Shown here in pieces: positions 1 to 11,016 of a DNA stretch of 43,325 nt. Source of the DNA: Spirochaetota bacterium (GTDB taxonomy: Bacteria; Spirochaetota; Spirochaetia; Treponematales; Breznakiellaceae). The stretch's first letter is position 1, and each line of letters begins with the position of its first letter. The position numbers and the translations under genes are program-made. The stretch covers positions 1-43,325 of the forward strand of contig WRKI01000353.1 in NCBI GenBank assembly GCA_009778155.1, written 5' to 3'. Below the pieces are notes generated by a model that saw only the letters and a program-made list of their open reading frames with translations, searched no databases and was not told where the DNA came from.

Positions 1-424
1 CCCCCGCCCCCCCCCCGGCACTGTCGAGCCGGGCAAGAAGAGCGCCAATGGCAAGATTGTCCGGGCGCACCCCCTCCAGGGGGGCGATAAGCCCGCCAAG
101 AACATGGAACACGCCGTTGAACTCGCGGGATTCCTCGATAATGCGTAAATCTTGGGCGCGTTCCACAACGCAAATAACCGAGCGGTCTCGCCCCTCGTCC
201 GAGCAAATCGCGCAAGGGTCGGATTCCGTGTAACCCCCGCACACAGAGCAACGCACAATCGCCCTGTGAAAGCCGGCAAGCTCGTCTGCCAAAGACTTGG
301 CATAACTGGGAGAACCATCCAGAATGTGATAGACCATCCGGTTCGCGCTCTTTTTCCCGACACCAGGCAGCTTTGACAAAAGAGCCGCCAGCCTGTCTAT
401 AGCGTTGCCGGAGCCGGAGTTCAC
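1..424 (-). CDS. recR: Recombination mediator RecR (5' part; runs off the window start)
   Basis: Not in the ORF track. The minus strand from GTG at 424 (overlapping the ybaB stop, GTGA) reads MNSGSGNAIDRLAALLSKLPGVGKKSA..., the RecR N-terminal HhH motif. dnaX-ybaB-recR is the canonical order. Confidence 0.93.
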   Translation of the reverse strand, partial: MNSGSGNAIDRLAALLSKLPGVGKKSANRMVYHILDGSPSYAKSLADELAGFHRAIVRCSVCGGYTESDPCAICSDEGRDRSVICVVERAQDLRIIEESREFNGVFHVLGGLIAPLEGVRPDNLAIGALLARLDSAGGGAG

Positions 425-747
425 GGCATCCCCGGAATCCCTGGCATACCCGGAATACCAAGACCGCCAGCCATCGCGCCAACCTCGCGTTGAATCGCCT
501 CTTTTATTTTTTCAACGCCGTTGGAAAAAGCCGCCATAATCAAGTCTTGCAGCATCTCCGCATCTTCCATGGCCTCCGGCGCAATCCGCACGGCAATCAC
601 TTCGATTTTTCCGTTTAGATCGATCTCGACCATGCCGCCCCCGGCGCTCCCGGTCGCCGTGATTCTTCCCAGCTTTTCCTGAAAATCCCCCATCTGCTCT
701 TGCAGTTTTTGGGCATTTTTGAGAAAGTCAAATGGATTTACGTTCAT
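421..747 (-). CDS. ybaB: YbaB/EbfC family nucleoid-associated protein
   Basis: 108 aa with AQKLQEQM...TGSAGGGMVEI...EMLQDLIMAA; AGGAG RBS; lies between dnaX and recR. Confidence 0.95.
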   Translation of the reverse strand: MNVNPFDFLKNAQKLQEQMGDFQEKLGRITATGSAGGGMVEIDLNGKIEVIAVRIAPEAMEDAEMLQDLIMAAFSNGVEKIKEAIQREVGAMAGGLGIPGMPGIPGMP

Positions 748-817
748 ATCTACTCCTTAGCTCCTTTTCGGCTTACTCACAAATTTTGTGCGATAGCAAT
801 AGCTGCTACTGCCAGTG

Positions 818-2425
<1,608 letters not shown>

Positions 2426-2510
2426 AAGATAAATGTACCGGAAATACAGAAAATAGGGAAGAACCCAAATGATGAAAACCCGGAAACAACACCGCCCGCA
2501 AGCCTCCCGT

Positions 2511-3161
2511 TTAACCTTGCCCGCAGGCCAACTCCGCAGGAGTAAAGCCCGCCGGCGTGGGAAGAAGCTCGACGGCTTCGCCCTTCAGCTCCAGCACGAA
2601 GAAGCCGCACTCGAAAGCGAGGTCGCGGGCTTCAGGGGCAACCGTTCCCCCGGCCACCGCGCCCAGGAGTTTTTTCCCCTTGGCATCCCCCGGCGGGTTG
2701 TCCCGAATAAGCTGCAGCCGCTTGACGTGGTGTTCGACATCGGATTTTTTCACATTGCGCTTTACCTCGACCGCCATGACCCATTCCGTGTCAACAAGCA
2801 GGAGGTCGATCTCGGTTAACTGCCAAGTGGTGCCGACTTTGTAAACCATGACGCGCTTGTGCGCCTGCTTGAAGCCGTAGGGGTAAGCCGAGAACTTTTC
2901 CCAAAGCCTTGCGGCGATCAGCATTTCCAGAACGCCTCCAATGGAGTCGCTCACTTTGCCGACCTGCTTAGAGATTTTTTTCATCTGCTTTTTGAAATCA
3001 GCCTTCCATTTTGCGTCTTCAGCCCGCCGGCGTTTGCTTTCCTCGGCGGCTTCGGCCTGCCGGCGCTCGCTTTCGAGCACGCTTGCCCGTAAAATTGCCC
3101 AGATTTCTTCCGGGGTAACCGGAGGGTCGTTTTTGATAGCTTCCTGTAATGTTTCTTGCAT
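2511..3161 (-). CDS. Coiled-coil + PD-(D/E)XK nuclease-like protein (DUF3782-like), copy 1, 216 aa
   Basis: Start moved to ATG 3161 (MQETLQ...) by alignment with copy 2 and a GGGG RBS; EIDLLL...MAVEVK motif; KKLLGAVAGG C-terminal block. Confidence 0.8.
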   Translation of the reverse strand: MQETLQEAIKNDPPVTPEEIWAILRASVLESERRQAEAAEESKRRRAEDAKWKADFKKQMKKISKQVGKVSDSIGGVLEMLIAARLWEKFSAYPYGFKQAHKRVMVYKVGTTWQLTEIDLLLVDTEWVMAVEVKRNVKKSDVEHHVKRLQLIRDNPPGDAKGKKLLGAVAGGTVAPEARDLAFECGFFVLELKGEAVELLPTPAGFTPAELACGQG

Positions 3162-3290
3162 AGGATTCCCCCTGTTGCTTTTAATTTTAGCGCATTTTTC
3201 CTGCGCCGTACACCGTTTATGGCACGCAGATGCGGCACGCTTTAGCCTGCGGGAAAAAAAATCGCATTTTTTTTCTCGCAAGCCTCCCGT

Positions 3291-4061
3291 TTAACCTTGC
3301 CCGCAGGCCAGTTCCGCGGGGGAAAAGCCCGCCGGCGGGGGGACAAGCTCGACGGCTTCGCCCTTCAGTTCCAGCACGAAGAAGCCGCACTCGAAGGCGA
3401 GGTCGCGGGCTTCCGGGGCAACCGACCCGCCGGCCACCGCGCCCAGCAGCTTTTTCCCCTTGGCATCCCCCGGCGGGTTGTCGCGGATAAGCTTCAGCCG
3501 CTTGACGTGGTGCTCCACGTCGGATTTTTTCACATTGCGCTTTACCTCGACCGCCATGACCCATTCCGTGTCGACAAGCAGGAGGTCGATCTCGGTTAAC
3601 TGCCAAGTGGTGCCGACTTGGTAAACCATGACGCGCTTGTGCGCCTGCTTGAAGCCGTAGGGGTAAGCCGAGAACTTTTCCCAAAGCCTTGCGGCGACGA
3701 GCATTTCGAGAACGCCTCCAATGGAGTCGCTCACTTTGCCGACCTGCTTAGAGATTTTTTTCATTTGCTTTTTGAAATCCGCCTTCCATTTTGCGTCTTC
3801 AGCCCGCCGGCGTTTGCTTTCCTCGGCGGCTTCGGCCATGCGCTTTTCATGCTCGGCCTGCCATTCGGCCATGCGCTTTTCGTCTTCGGCCCGCCGGCGT
3901 TTGCTTTCCTCGGCGTCTTCGGCCCGCCGGCGTTTGCTTTCCTCGGCGGCTTCGGCCTGCCGGCGCTCGTTTTCGAGCACGCTTGCCCGTAAAATTGCCC
4001 AGATTTCTTCCGGGGTAACCGGAGGGTCGTTTTTGATAGCTTCCTGTAATGTTTCTTGCAT
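3291..4061 (-). CDS. Coiled-coil + PD-(D/E)XK nuclease-like protein (DUF3782-like), copy 2, 256 aa
   Basis: Paralogue of 2511-3161 with 8 aa substitutions and 40 extra residues of EESKRRRAED/EKRMAE repeats. Confidence 0.8.
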   Translation of the reverse strand: MQETLQEAIKNDPPVTPEEIWAILRASVLENERRQAEAAEESKRRRAEDAEESKRRRAEDEKRMAEWQAEHEKRMAEAAEESKRRRAEDAKWKADFKKQMKKISKQVGKVSDSIGGVLEMLVAARLWEKFSAYPYGFKQAHKRVMVYQVGTTWQLTEIDLLLVDTEWVMAVEVKRNVKKSDVEHHVKRLKLIRDNPPGDAKGKKLLGAVAGGSVAPEARDLAFECGFFVLELKGEAVELVPPPAGFSPAELACGQG

Positions 4062-4276
4062 AGGTCATTCCCCTTGTTGCTTTTAATTTTAGCGCATTTT
4101 TCCCGCGCCGTACACCGTTTATGGCACGCAGATGCGGCACGCTTTAGCCCGCAGGAAAAAAAATCGCATTTTTTTTCTCGCAAAACCCGGCTTGACACGC
4201 GGGCAAAATGCGGTAAGAATGGAAGCGGGGAGGAAGGAGAGCTTTTATCGAGAAAAAACGCCGGCTGCGGCCGCCT

Positions 4277-5164
4277 TTGGTTGTTGTTGGATGCGTGGTT
4301 TTGGGAATTGGCGCTTTCGGCCTGTTTATTTACAGCCGGCCGCCCGTGTTAATCGTTACCGATGCCCCCTTTGTTTACATTTACGGGCAAAACAGGCTCC
4401 GGCGCGAGATTGTCCGCGCTTCCGCCGCCCTTTTCCGCCTGGTTTTACCCGTTGTCGTTGCCGACGGGGCAAGCGACGATATTGTTTTTTTCGCGGTAAC
4501 CAACGCCTCCACAAGACCCTACGCGGTAATCTTCCCCCTGCGCTACGCCGGGGCGGCAAGTTTTTTTCATATACAGGCGCCGGAAGTGCCGGTAATCGTG
4601 CTGGAAGGCAGGCACGGGCAAGGGGCGTCCGCGCCGGGCGCGGACGACTTTTTTCGCTTTAGAACCGACACCGAGACCGACCTTTACCGAGCCGGGCGGC
4701 TGTCGGCCATTTTGAACGAGGAAACCGGCGGGCAAAGCCTTGTTTTTTTGGGCGGCAACCTGATCGGCAACGAAAGACAGATTTTTCAGCAGGCCTTGGC
4801 CGGCCAGGGCGAATGGCCGGAAACTCAGTTTTTTTACTCGATAGCGGAGCTTGGCAGTGTTTTGGGAATTTCCAGCGCGGTCTTGGCAGGCTCCGGGACG
4901 GAATTTTTGGAAAGAAGGCCGAACATCCCCGTTATCTTCTTTACATGGCTCAATCCGGCGTTCATGCCGGGCGAGGTTGTCGTCGTTTTTGACGATTCCC
5001 CTTGGGTTCAGGCGGAGCCGGCGGTAAGAATGATGGCCGCCGGAATTAAAAATGGGCAAATTGCTTCCCGCCCGCTGGTTTTATCTGCAAGAGTTGCCGA
5101 TAATGATGTACTTAGACGTTTAAGAAATGCGGCAAACTCGGTCGAAAGCCAGCCGCACTCTTAG
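4277..5164 (+). CDS. Hypothetical membrane-anchored/periplasmic protein (start uncertain)
   Basis: 295 aa ORF with an N-terminal hydrophobic segment; alpha/beta pattern loosely like a periplasmic binding protein; no clear RBS at the TTG. Confidence 0.7.
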   Translation: MVVVGCVVLGIGAFGLFIYSRPPVLIVTDAPFVYIYGQNRLRREIVRASAALFRLVLPVVVADGASDDIVFFAVTNASTRPYAVIFPLRYAGAASFFHIQAPEVPVIVLEGRHGQGASAPGADDFFRFRTDTETDLYRAGRLSAILNEETGGQSLVFLGGNLIGNERQIFQQALAGQGEWPETQFFYSIAELGSVLGISSAVLAGSGTEFLERRPNIPVIFFTWLNPAFMPGEVVVVFDDSPWVQAEPAVRMMAAGIKNGQIASRPLVLSARVADNDVLRRLRNAANSVESQPHS

Positions 5165-5253
5165 CCGGAAAGGGCTGTCCTTGTCAAGGGTAGCTGCACC
5201 GGGGGGCGAAAAACCCCAGTGCAAAGAAAAATAAAAAAAATGGCTAACTTGAT

Positions 5254-5282
5254 TTGACAAATGAAAAGCTAGCCAATATAAT
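5254..5282 (+). promoter_or_regulatory. Perfect sigma70 promoter for the flaA pair
   Basis: TTGACA (5254-5259), 17 nt, TATAAT (5277-5282); A-rich UP-like tract upstream; AAGGAG RBS downstream. Confidence 0.9.
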
Positions 5283-5311
5283 TTATATTAAGATTTGTAA
5301 AGGAGTACGAG

Positions 5312-6055
5312 ATGAAACACGGTAGTTTCAAAGCTATTTGTCTTTTTTTCTGGATATTCGTTGTCGTTTTCTCGGCTTACGGTAACCAAAACCAAGGCCC
5401 CCGCCGTATGGAGTCGGTAGTCTTGGAAAGGTTCATGGGGGATTCCGAATTTGTGTGGGAAACACAAGCCAACAGATTCGTCCACCAAGCCGGTGATGTC
5501 ATCTTTCCGAGGTTGGCCTATGTCGATGCATGGCCGATCGGGGCATTCGGGCAAAACAGGGATGGAAGCCAGATACTGAGGAGTCTTGGCATCCACGCTC
5601 GTTTTGACCGCAGGGGCCACAACTGGATAGACCTGTTCCCGACGGACCCGGCCAATCCCGGCGTGCCTGTGGAAATTCCGATCCCTGGCAGGGCGCAGAC
5701 CTTTGATATGTGGGTATGGGGCGGAAACTATCACCTTTTGTTGGATATGTATGTGAGGGATCACAACGGGATGGTGCACAACATGAGGTTGGGCAGTTTG
5801 AACTTCCCCGGCTGGAGAAACCTGCACGTCAATGTCCCGGCGGCGATTCCGCAGACCAGGCGGACGCTTCCTTTGACGGCGAGCCTAACATTTGTTAAGT
5901 TCCGTATTTGGACTTTGCCCAGTGAAAGGGTTAACGATCTTTTCATATACATGAGCCAGTTCAAGGTGCTTACCGATGTTTCCGAGGTGTATTTTGACGG
6001 TTTCGAGTTGGCTGACCCGCAAATGGTTCAGGATATCTGGGCGGATGTCAATTAA
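5312..6055 (+). CDS. flaA: Flagellar filament outer layer (sheath) protein FlaA
   Basis: Signal peptide; SLGIHARFDRRGHNW, MWVWGGNY, LGSLNFPGWRNL motifs typical of spirochaete FlaA. Confidence 0.88.
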   Translation: MKHGSFKAICLFFWIFVVVFSAYGNQNQGPRRMESVVLERFMGDSEFVWETQANRFVHQAGDVIFPRLAYVDAWPIGAFGQNRDGSQILRSLGIHARFDRRGHNWIDLFPTDPANPGVPVEIPIPGRAQTFDMWVWGGNYHLLLDMYVRDHNGMVHNMRLGSLNFPGWRNLHVNVPAAIPQTRRTLPLTASLTFVKFRIWTLPSERVNDLFIYMSQFKVLTDVSEVYFDGFELADPQMVQDIWADVN

Positions 6056-6073
6056 AACGGCAAGGAGAGATAA

Positions 6074-6799
6074 ATGAAACGTTTTTTACCAATTGCAATG
6101 TTCCTTTTTGCTGCCAGTTTGGTTTTCGGGCAAGACAACGGCGAAGTTGGCCTGCCCATACCGGGTACAATAGGGTTCGACACAGCGCAGCAGCATTTGG
6201 CGGAAGTATCTGTTGACAGGTTTGAAATGGAAGGCTTGTGGCGTGTGAACATTTCCTCAGACCACGGCTTTGTAACCTACAGGCTTTTCCGCGGCGGGCC
6301 TTCTGGCAGGGAGCCTATCCCGGCTGAAGAAGGCATGGATATTCGCGATGATCACGTTCTGGGTATGCGGGTGGATTTCCTCCGCCGGGGCCATGCCAGC
6401 ATGACCATTACCCCGATTCGCCCGATTCCGATCGAAGGCATAACCAAGACTGTTTCCGTATGGGCAGTAGGCCGCAGCTTTAACCACGAGCTGTATCTTA
6501 TGGTGCAGGATTTCCATGGCAGGAACTTCGAGCTTAGAATGGGGCGGCTGAACTTCCAAGGGTGGCAGAGGCTTACGGTTGCCATTCCCCCGCAGGGCGA
6601 TGACGGCCGCAGTGGTATAATCCAGCGGAATTACCACTACAACCACCACATGGGGCTTCATATTACGGGTTTCCGTGTTGTGTTTGACCCAATGCAGACC
6701 GTTGGAAGCTACTTCCTGTATCTTGACGACCTTCGTGCTGTAACAGACCTTTTTGCGGAAAGTGCGCGCGACCCGGACGATATGTTGGACGGCTGGTGA
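6074..6799 (+). CDS. flaA: Flagellar filament outer layer protein FlaA (second paralogue)
   Basis: Signal peptide; VLGMRVDFLRRG, KTVSVWAVGR, MGRLNFQGWQRL, YLDDLRAVTDL motifs. Confidence 0.88.
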   Translation: MKRFLPIAMFLFAASLVFGQDNGEVGLPIPGTIGFDTAQQHLAEVSVDRFEMEGLWRVNISSDHGFVTYRLFRGGPSGREPIPAEEGMDIRDDHVLGMRVDFLRRGHASMTITPIRPIPIEGITKTVSVWAVGRSFNHELYLMVQDFHGRNFELRMGRLNFQGWQRLTVAIPPQGDDGRSGIIQRNYHYNHHMGLHITGFRVVFDPMQTVGSYFLYLDDLRAVTDLFAESARDPDDMLDGW

Positions 6800-6894
6800 G
6801 AAAACCGCCGTGCGCCGGCCAACCGCTTCGCCTTTGGGCGGGGCGCGTTGGTCTTGCGCGGGGTGTGCGGGGGTGTTGGCCTCCGCGCTCAAAT

Positions 6895-6945
6895 AAAACC
6901 ACAGGTTGCATTTTTTCAGTTTGAAAATTGCAATTTGTGGTTTTT
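6895..6945 (+). terminator. Probable intrinsic terminator after the flaA pair
   Basis: AAAACCACAGGTTGCA...TGCAATTTGTGGTTTTT stem followed by a T-rich tail. Confidence 0.6.
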
Positions 6946-6956
6946 GTTGTTTTATA

Positions 6957-6991
6957 GAAACGCTGATTAGCGTCAAGTTGATCAGCGTTTC
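6957..6991. repeat. REP-like hairpin, family A
   Basis: GAAACGCTGATTAGC-gtcaa-GTTGATCAGCGTTTC; similar to 9382-9416, 19299-19342 and 22785-22819. Confidence 0.7.
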
Positions 6992-7006
6992 CTTAGATTC
7001 GGACTA

Positions 7007-7035
7007 TTGGCATTTTCGCTTGCATCTGGTAAAAT
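7007..7035 (+). promoter_or_regulatory. Putative sigma70 promoter of the MCP gene
   Basis: TTGGCA, 17 nt, TAAAAT, with a TG extended -10. Confidence 0.55.
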
Positions 7036-7106
7036 ACATCGGTACAATTGAAGTTGGCAAGTTCGGCTTGTTTGCAGGCAAGCCTTGCTAAGGAAAGGAG
7101 ATCAAC

Positions 7107-9308
7107 ATGAAACAAAGGGTTAAATTAACCCTAGTCATGGCCGGGCTTATTTTTGTTGTAGTTGTTAAAATAAGCGTGGTTGTGTATTTCAATACCAGAC
7201 CCCATTTTACTTACATGGTTAGGGAGCAAAACATTGCAGACTCCCACAGGTCTGCCACAGAAATATCCGGCTTTTTTCATACCTATTGGTACGCTGTAGA
7301 AACGGCGGCCGGCATTTTGGGAAGATACCAAAGCATTCCCGCAGAATACAGGCGCACCTTTATAAACAATATTCTGGAAGACATGGCAAGGCATCATCTT
7401 GACATCATCGGCGCGTGGACGGTCTGGGAGCCTAACGTGCTGGAAGGCAACGATGCGGCGCAGATCGGCTTTCCCGGCTCCACACCCGACGGGCGTTTTG
7501 CCCCTTATTGGCACAGAAACCAGCTTAGGGGAACCAACATTCAGGTTGTCGCCTTGGACGACTTTTTAGATATTTTCCCCGGCTATTATGTGCCGGTTCG
7601 GGACAGCGGCGTTCAAACCGCTATGGAGCCGTTCATGTACACGATTGGCGGCAACCAGCTTCTTATGCTTACCATTGCCGCGCCTATTTGGAACCAAGCG
7701 GGTGCGGTTGTGGGGGTAATGGGCGTAGACCTTGCCATTGACGCATTAAACCGCTTTACCCAAGACAGCGTGGCCTCCCAAGAAGGCATATCCGCGTACT
7801 TTTTCAGCCCGGCAGGAGCGATTGCCTCCCACACCGACCCCGCAAGGCTGGGCTTGAACTGGTTCGACGGGCAAACTGCGGAAATGATCGCTTTCCAACA
7901 AACAATGGCAAACAGCTTGCAGTTTGGCGATTTGGAGTATTACTTTGTCTATAACGACAACTACTTTTTCGGCATCCCGATATGGTTCGAAGGCTACCAC
8001 CCCGTGCCTTGGATGCTCTTAAAAGAAGTTGAAGGGGCAATCGTGCGCGCGCCGACGCTCTTGCTGCTGCGGGTAATCTCCTTTGCCGGCATCTTTGCCT
8101 TGATCGTCGCCGCCCTTGCCGCTGTGTTTTTTGCAGGAATGATGAGCCGGCCTATTGTTACGGTTTCGGCCGCGCTTAAAGAAATCTCTCAAGGCGAAGG
8201 CGACCTTACAAAATCGGTTGCCGGCGTTTCTTCCAAAGACGAAATCGGTATGCTTGTAAGGTTTTTCAACCAGACCTTGGCCAAAATAGCAAGCCTTGTC
8301 GTAAAAATAAAGAGCGAAGCGGCCGCGATGGGCGGCATCGCCAAGGAACTTTCCGTAGACATGGGAAAGGTAAAAAGCGTGGCAAGCCAAACGTCAAAAG
8401 ACGTTAGAACTATCCGTAAACTTGTTGACGAGCAGAACGTAAGTTTGAATGGCGTTAGCAATGAAATGACAAGCATCCGGCTAAAAATTGGCGATGTTTC
8501 CGGCCTTGTGGAACGGCAAAGCGATGCGGTAAGCCAATCGTCATCGGCCGTGGAAGAAATGCTGGCAAACGTCAAATCTGTCCGGGCAAACTTGGTTAAA
8601 AACTCTGCCAATGTGGAAGAGTTGCGCAAATCTTCGGATGCCGGCCGGTCGGGGCTTAATGCGGTTGTTACCGACATTCGCGAAATCGCCCGCGAGTCCG
8701 AAGGGCTTTTGGAAATTAACGCCGTCATGGAAAGCCTGGCCAGCCAGACGAATTTGCTCAGCATGAACGCCGCGATACAGGCCGCCCACGCCGGCGAAGC
8801 GGGGAAGGGTTTTGCCGTTGTTGCCGCCGAAATCCGCAAGCTGGCGGAATCCTCCAGCAAGCAGTCCAAAACCACCGGGGACATTCTAGACAAGATAAAG
8901 GAATCAATCGATAAAATCACCAGATCGACAGATGTCGTTCTTAGCAGGTTCGAGTCGATCGATCACAGCGTCAAAACCGTGTCGGATCAAGAGTCGGAAA
9001 TACGCAACTCTATCGAGGAGCAGAATGAGGGCAGCCAGCAGATTCTTCTAGCCATTGCCAACACAAAGGAGGTTACCCAAGAATTGTCTGATTTGTCCGG
9101 CAGAATGATGAACATCGTGGGCAATGTAAAGGTCGAAGGCCAAAATCTGGAAAGGGTAACGCGGGAAATTCTTCCATATATTGCCAAGATAGACGAGGAT
9201 ACAGACCATTTGGAGGTTGTGGCAGTCAATTTGGGCGAGCTGATCATAAAGAACGAGGAGAGCATTGAACAGCTTCAAAGCGAGGTTGCAAGGTTCAAAA
9301 CGCGCTAG
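7107..9308 (+). CDS. Methyl-accepting chemotaxis protein (Cache-type sensor, HAMP, MCP signalling domain)
   Basis: Two TM segments, [16 protein letters not shown] Cache-like region, HAMP (GEGDLTK...DEIG), hairpin tip [35 protein letters not shown]. Confidence 0.95.
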   Translation: MKQRVKLTLVMAGLIFVVVVKISVVVYFNTRPHFTYMVREQNIADSHRSATEISGFFHTYWYAVETAAGILGRYQSIPAEYRRTFINNILEDMARHHLDIIGAWTVWEPNVLEGNDAAQIGFPGSTPDGRFAPYWHRNQLRGTNIQVVALDDFLDIFPGYYVPVRDSGVQTAMEPFMYTIGGNQLLMLTIAAPIWNQAGAVVGVMGVDLAIDALNRFTQDSVASQEGISAYFFSPAGAIASHTDPARLGLNWFDGQTAEMIAFQQTMANSLQFGDLEYYFVYNDNYFFGIPIWFEGYHPVPWMLLKEVEGAIVRAPTLLLLRVISFAGIFALIVAALAAVFFAGMMSRPIVTVSAALKEISQGEGDLTKSVAGVSSKDEIGMLVRFFNQTLAKIASLVVKIKSEAAAMGGIAKELSVDMGKVKSVASQTSKDVRTIRKLVDEQNVSLNGVSNEMTSIRLKIGDVSGLVERQSDAVSQSSSAVEEMLANVKSVRANLVKNSANVEELRKSSDAGRSGLNAVVTDIREIARESEGLLEINAVMESLASQTNLLSMNAAIQAAHAGEAGKGFAVVAAEIRKLAESSSKQSKTTGDILDKIKESIDKITRSTDVVLSRFESIDHSVKTVSDQESEIRNSIEEQNEGSQQILLAIANTKEVTQELSDLSGRMMNIVGNVKVEGQNLERVTREILPYIAKIDEDTDHLEVVAVNLGELIIKNEESIEQLQSEVARFKTR

Positions 9309-9381
9309 GGGAACAGTGATTTTTGGGGCTTTCCGCAACAAATTCTTTTAGGGCAAGGCTGTTTTTGCCGATGTAGTAAAA

Positions 9382-9416
9382 GAAGCACTGATTAGTTCGA
9401 AGCTAATCGGTGTTTC
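9382..9416. repeat. REP-like hairpin, family A
   Basis: GAAGCACTGATTAGTT-cga-AGCTAATCGGTGTTTC; all three non-Watson-Crick pairs are G.T on the + strand. Confidence 0.7.
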
Positions 9417-9444
9417 CCTAGCTCATTTCTTACAGAAGGGGATT

Positions 9445-10962
9445 ATGGCAGAACATTTTAAGGACAAAGTTTTATCGGTGTTGTTCTCCGGGGACGACCC
9501 CAAAGACGACATAAGCAATATGCTCAAACAAGTTGCAAAAGATTTGCAACACAACAAGTTTGCTAGGTTCTACAAGCTAAAAACCGAGGAAATTGACGCT
9601 TCGTTTTTATCGTTTCTTTTTTCCGTCTACCGGCTGGTTTACCCCATCAAAGATTTTATGAAAGACGAAAAAAAGATGGGGCGGCTAAGGCAGGTTATTA
9701 TAGAAGCCTTTATGGATGCCTCCATTCTGGAAACCGTAAGGCGGCTTGATCCTGCCGTATTGGATGCAAAGGTCAAAACGACCTCCCCGGCGGAGCTTGT
9801 CAAACTTATCCAGGCCGATTACGAAAAACTTGTCGGGCAGTTCGACCAAAGCCGGATAAACGCCGCCGACCGCTGTTACAGCTTGGTTGCCGCCCTTAAC
9901 CAAATGGTGCAGTTTGACTTTTTCGGTTTGTTCAAAAAGATAGACCCGCATTTTGTAGAAGCGAGTTTTGCCGTCGAACCCAAGTTTGCCCCTATAAAGC
10001 TTAAACTTATTGCAAAAGAGCTAGGCGAATTTTTGGCGGTTACCCAAATTCTCAAACCGGAAGATGATTGGAGCAATCTCTTAAACTTGCTAAAAATTTG
10101 TTCCGGGCAAGAGCTGGCAAGGACAGATGTTTTTATACACATGGTTAAAAACCTGCGGGAGATACACACGTCGCAAATTTTGCTCTTAATGATTCAATAC
10201 ACGATTAAAAACCCTGTTTGGCAGTTCAAAGCGAGAATTCCCAACGAGCAGATTGGCGAGGATTGGCTGGAAGAAAGAAAGAGCGAAATCGAAGATTATG
10301 TCGGCCGGATAAACGATGCCCAGAAAAACACTCAAATTCGCGGCCTTGTAAAGGAAATCTTTGAATCTACAGACATGGTAAGGCTGGAAAACTACACCGC
10401 GCAGCACGGGAACTTTTACGCAAAAAGGGGTTTGGAACCATTTTGGTATGCAGAGGGGCTAAATTATCTTGTGGCCTTTATCGAAGATTATCTTAGCAAG
10501 GAAATTCGCGAGCTTTGCGACATTTTGCTCATTCGCGGGCAGTGGACGAACAATGCCATGTCCAAGGATATGAGCGAATCTTTGCACAATCTTTTTGAAG
10601 TGCCAAAAGCCATTGCCCAAATTGATGCGGCAATGTCCGAGGACGGAGCCGATGGCTCGCGCTTGCGGAATTCTGTGCTTAGGGTTGACCGGGATAAAAC
10701 CCAAATTCGCTACATCAACGGCATTATATCCAAAAATAACGACGAGGCGCTGGAAGTAATCAACGAGGCGGCTCATCATTTTATAGTCGTTGGCAAGCAC
10801 CTTAAAGTCCTTATCGAAGACGTGCAAAAAAAACACCCGGAGCTGCTTATCAACTGGCGGGAACTGCATTTATACTCCAAAGACCCTATTCCCCAGCGGA
10901 CAATCGACTGCTACAAAAAAATCAACTATTTTGTCCAGTTGATGAAGCTTTGCACACAGTAA
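9445..10962 (+). CDS. Conserved hypothetical alpha-helical protein (possibly the spirochaete DUF5312 type)
   Basis: 505 aa ORF, GGGG RBS, helical composition; the family name is recollection, not a search result. Confidence 0.75.
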   Translation: MAEHFKDKVLSVLFSGDDPKDDISNMLKQVAKDLQHNKFARFYKLKTEEIDASFLSFLFSVYRLVYPIKDFMKDEKKMGRLRQVIIEAFMDASILETVRRLDPAVLDAKVKTTSPAELVKLIQADYEKLVGQFDQSRINAADRCYSLVAALNQMVQFDFFGLFKKIDPHFVEASFAVEPKFAPIKLKLIAKELGEFLAVTQILKPEDDWSNLLNLLKICSGQELARTDVFIHMVKNLREIHTSQILLLMIQYTIKNPVWQFKARIPNEQIGEDWLEERKSEIEDYVGRINDAQKNTQIRGLVKEIFESTDMVRLENYTAQHGNFYAKRGLEPFWYAEGLNYLVAFIEDYLSKEIRELCDILLIRGQWTNNAMSKDMSESLHNLFEVPKAIAQIDAAMSEDGADGSRLRNSVLRVDRDKTQIRYINGIISKNNDEALEVINEAAHHFIVVGKHLKVLIEDVQKKHPELLINWRELHLYSKDPIPQRTIDCYKKINYFVQLMKLCTQ

Positions 10963-11016
10963 TTCCCCTGCCGGGGGTGTAAGGGGTGTCAGGGGGGGCA
11001 AAGGCAAGCCTCAAAC

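Larger units (their letters stand above)
2497..4183. repeat. Tandem direct duplication: unit 1 2497-3281, unit 2 3277-4183
   Basis: Both units begin CGCAAGCCTCCCGTTTAACCTTGC and end ...ATCGCATTTTTTTTCTCGCAA. CGCAA is shared at all three junctions. Each unit holds an ORF plus ~120 bp of upstream DNA. Confidence 0.93.

Noticed and set aside
3240-3300. Integron attC site between the tandem nuclease genes
   Set aside because: No proper RYYYAAC...GTTRRRY pairing, no integrase in the window, and each unit seems to carry its own promoter.
2511-4061. Diversity-generating retroelement template/variable repeat pair
   Set aside because: Differences are not adenine-specific, are largely synonymous and span whole genes; there is no reverse transcriptase in the window.
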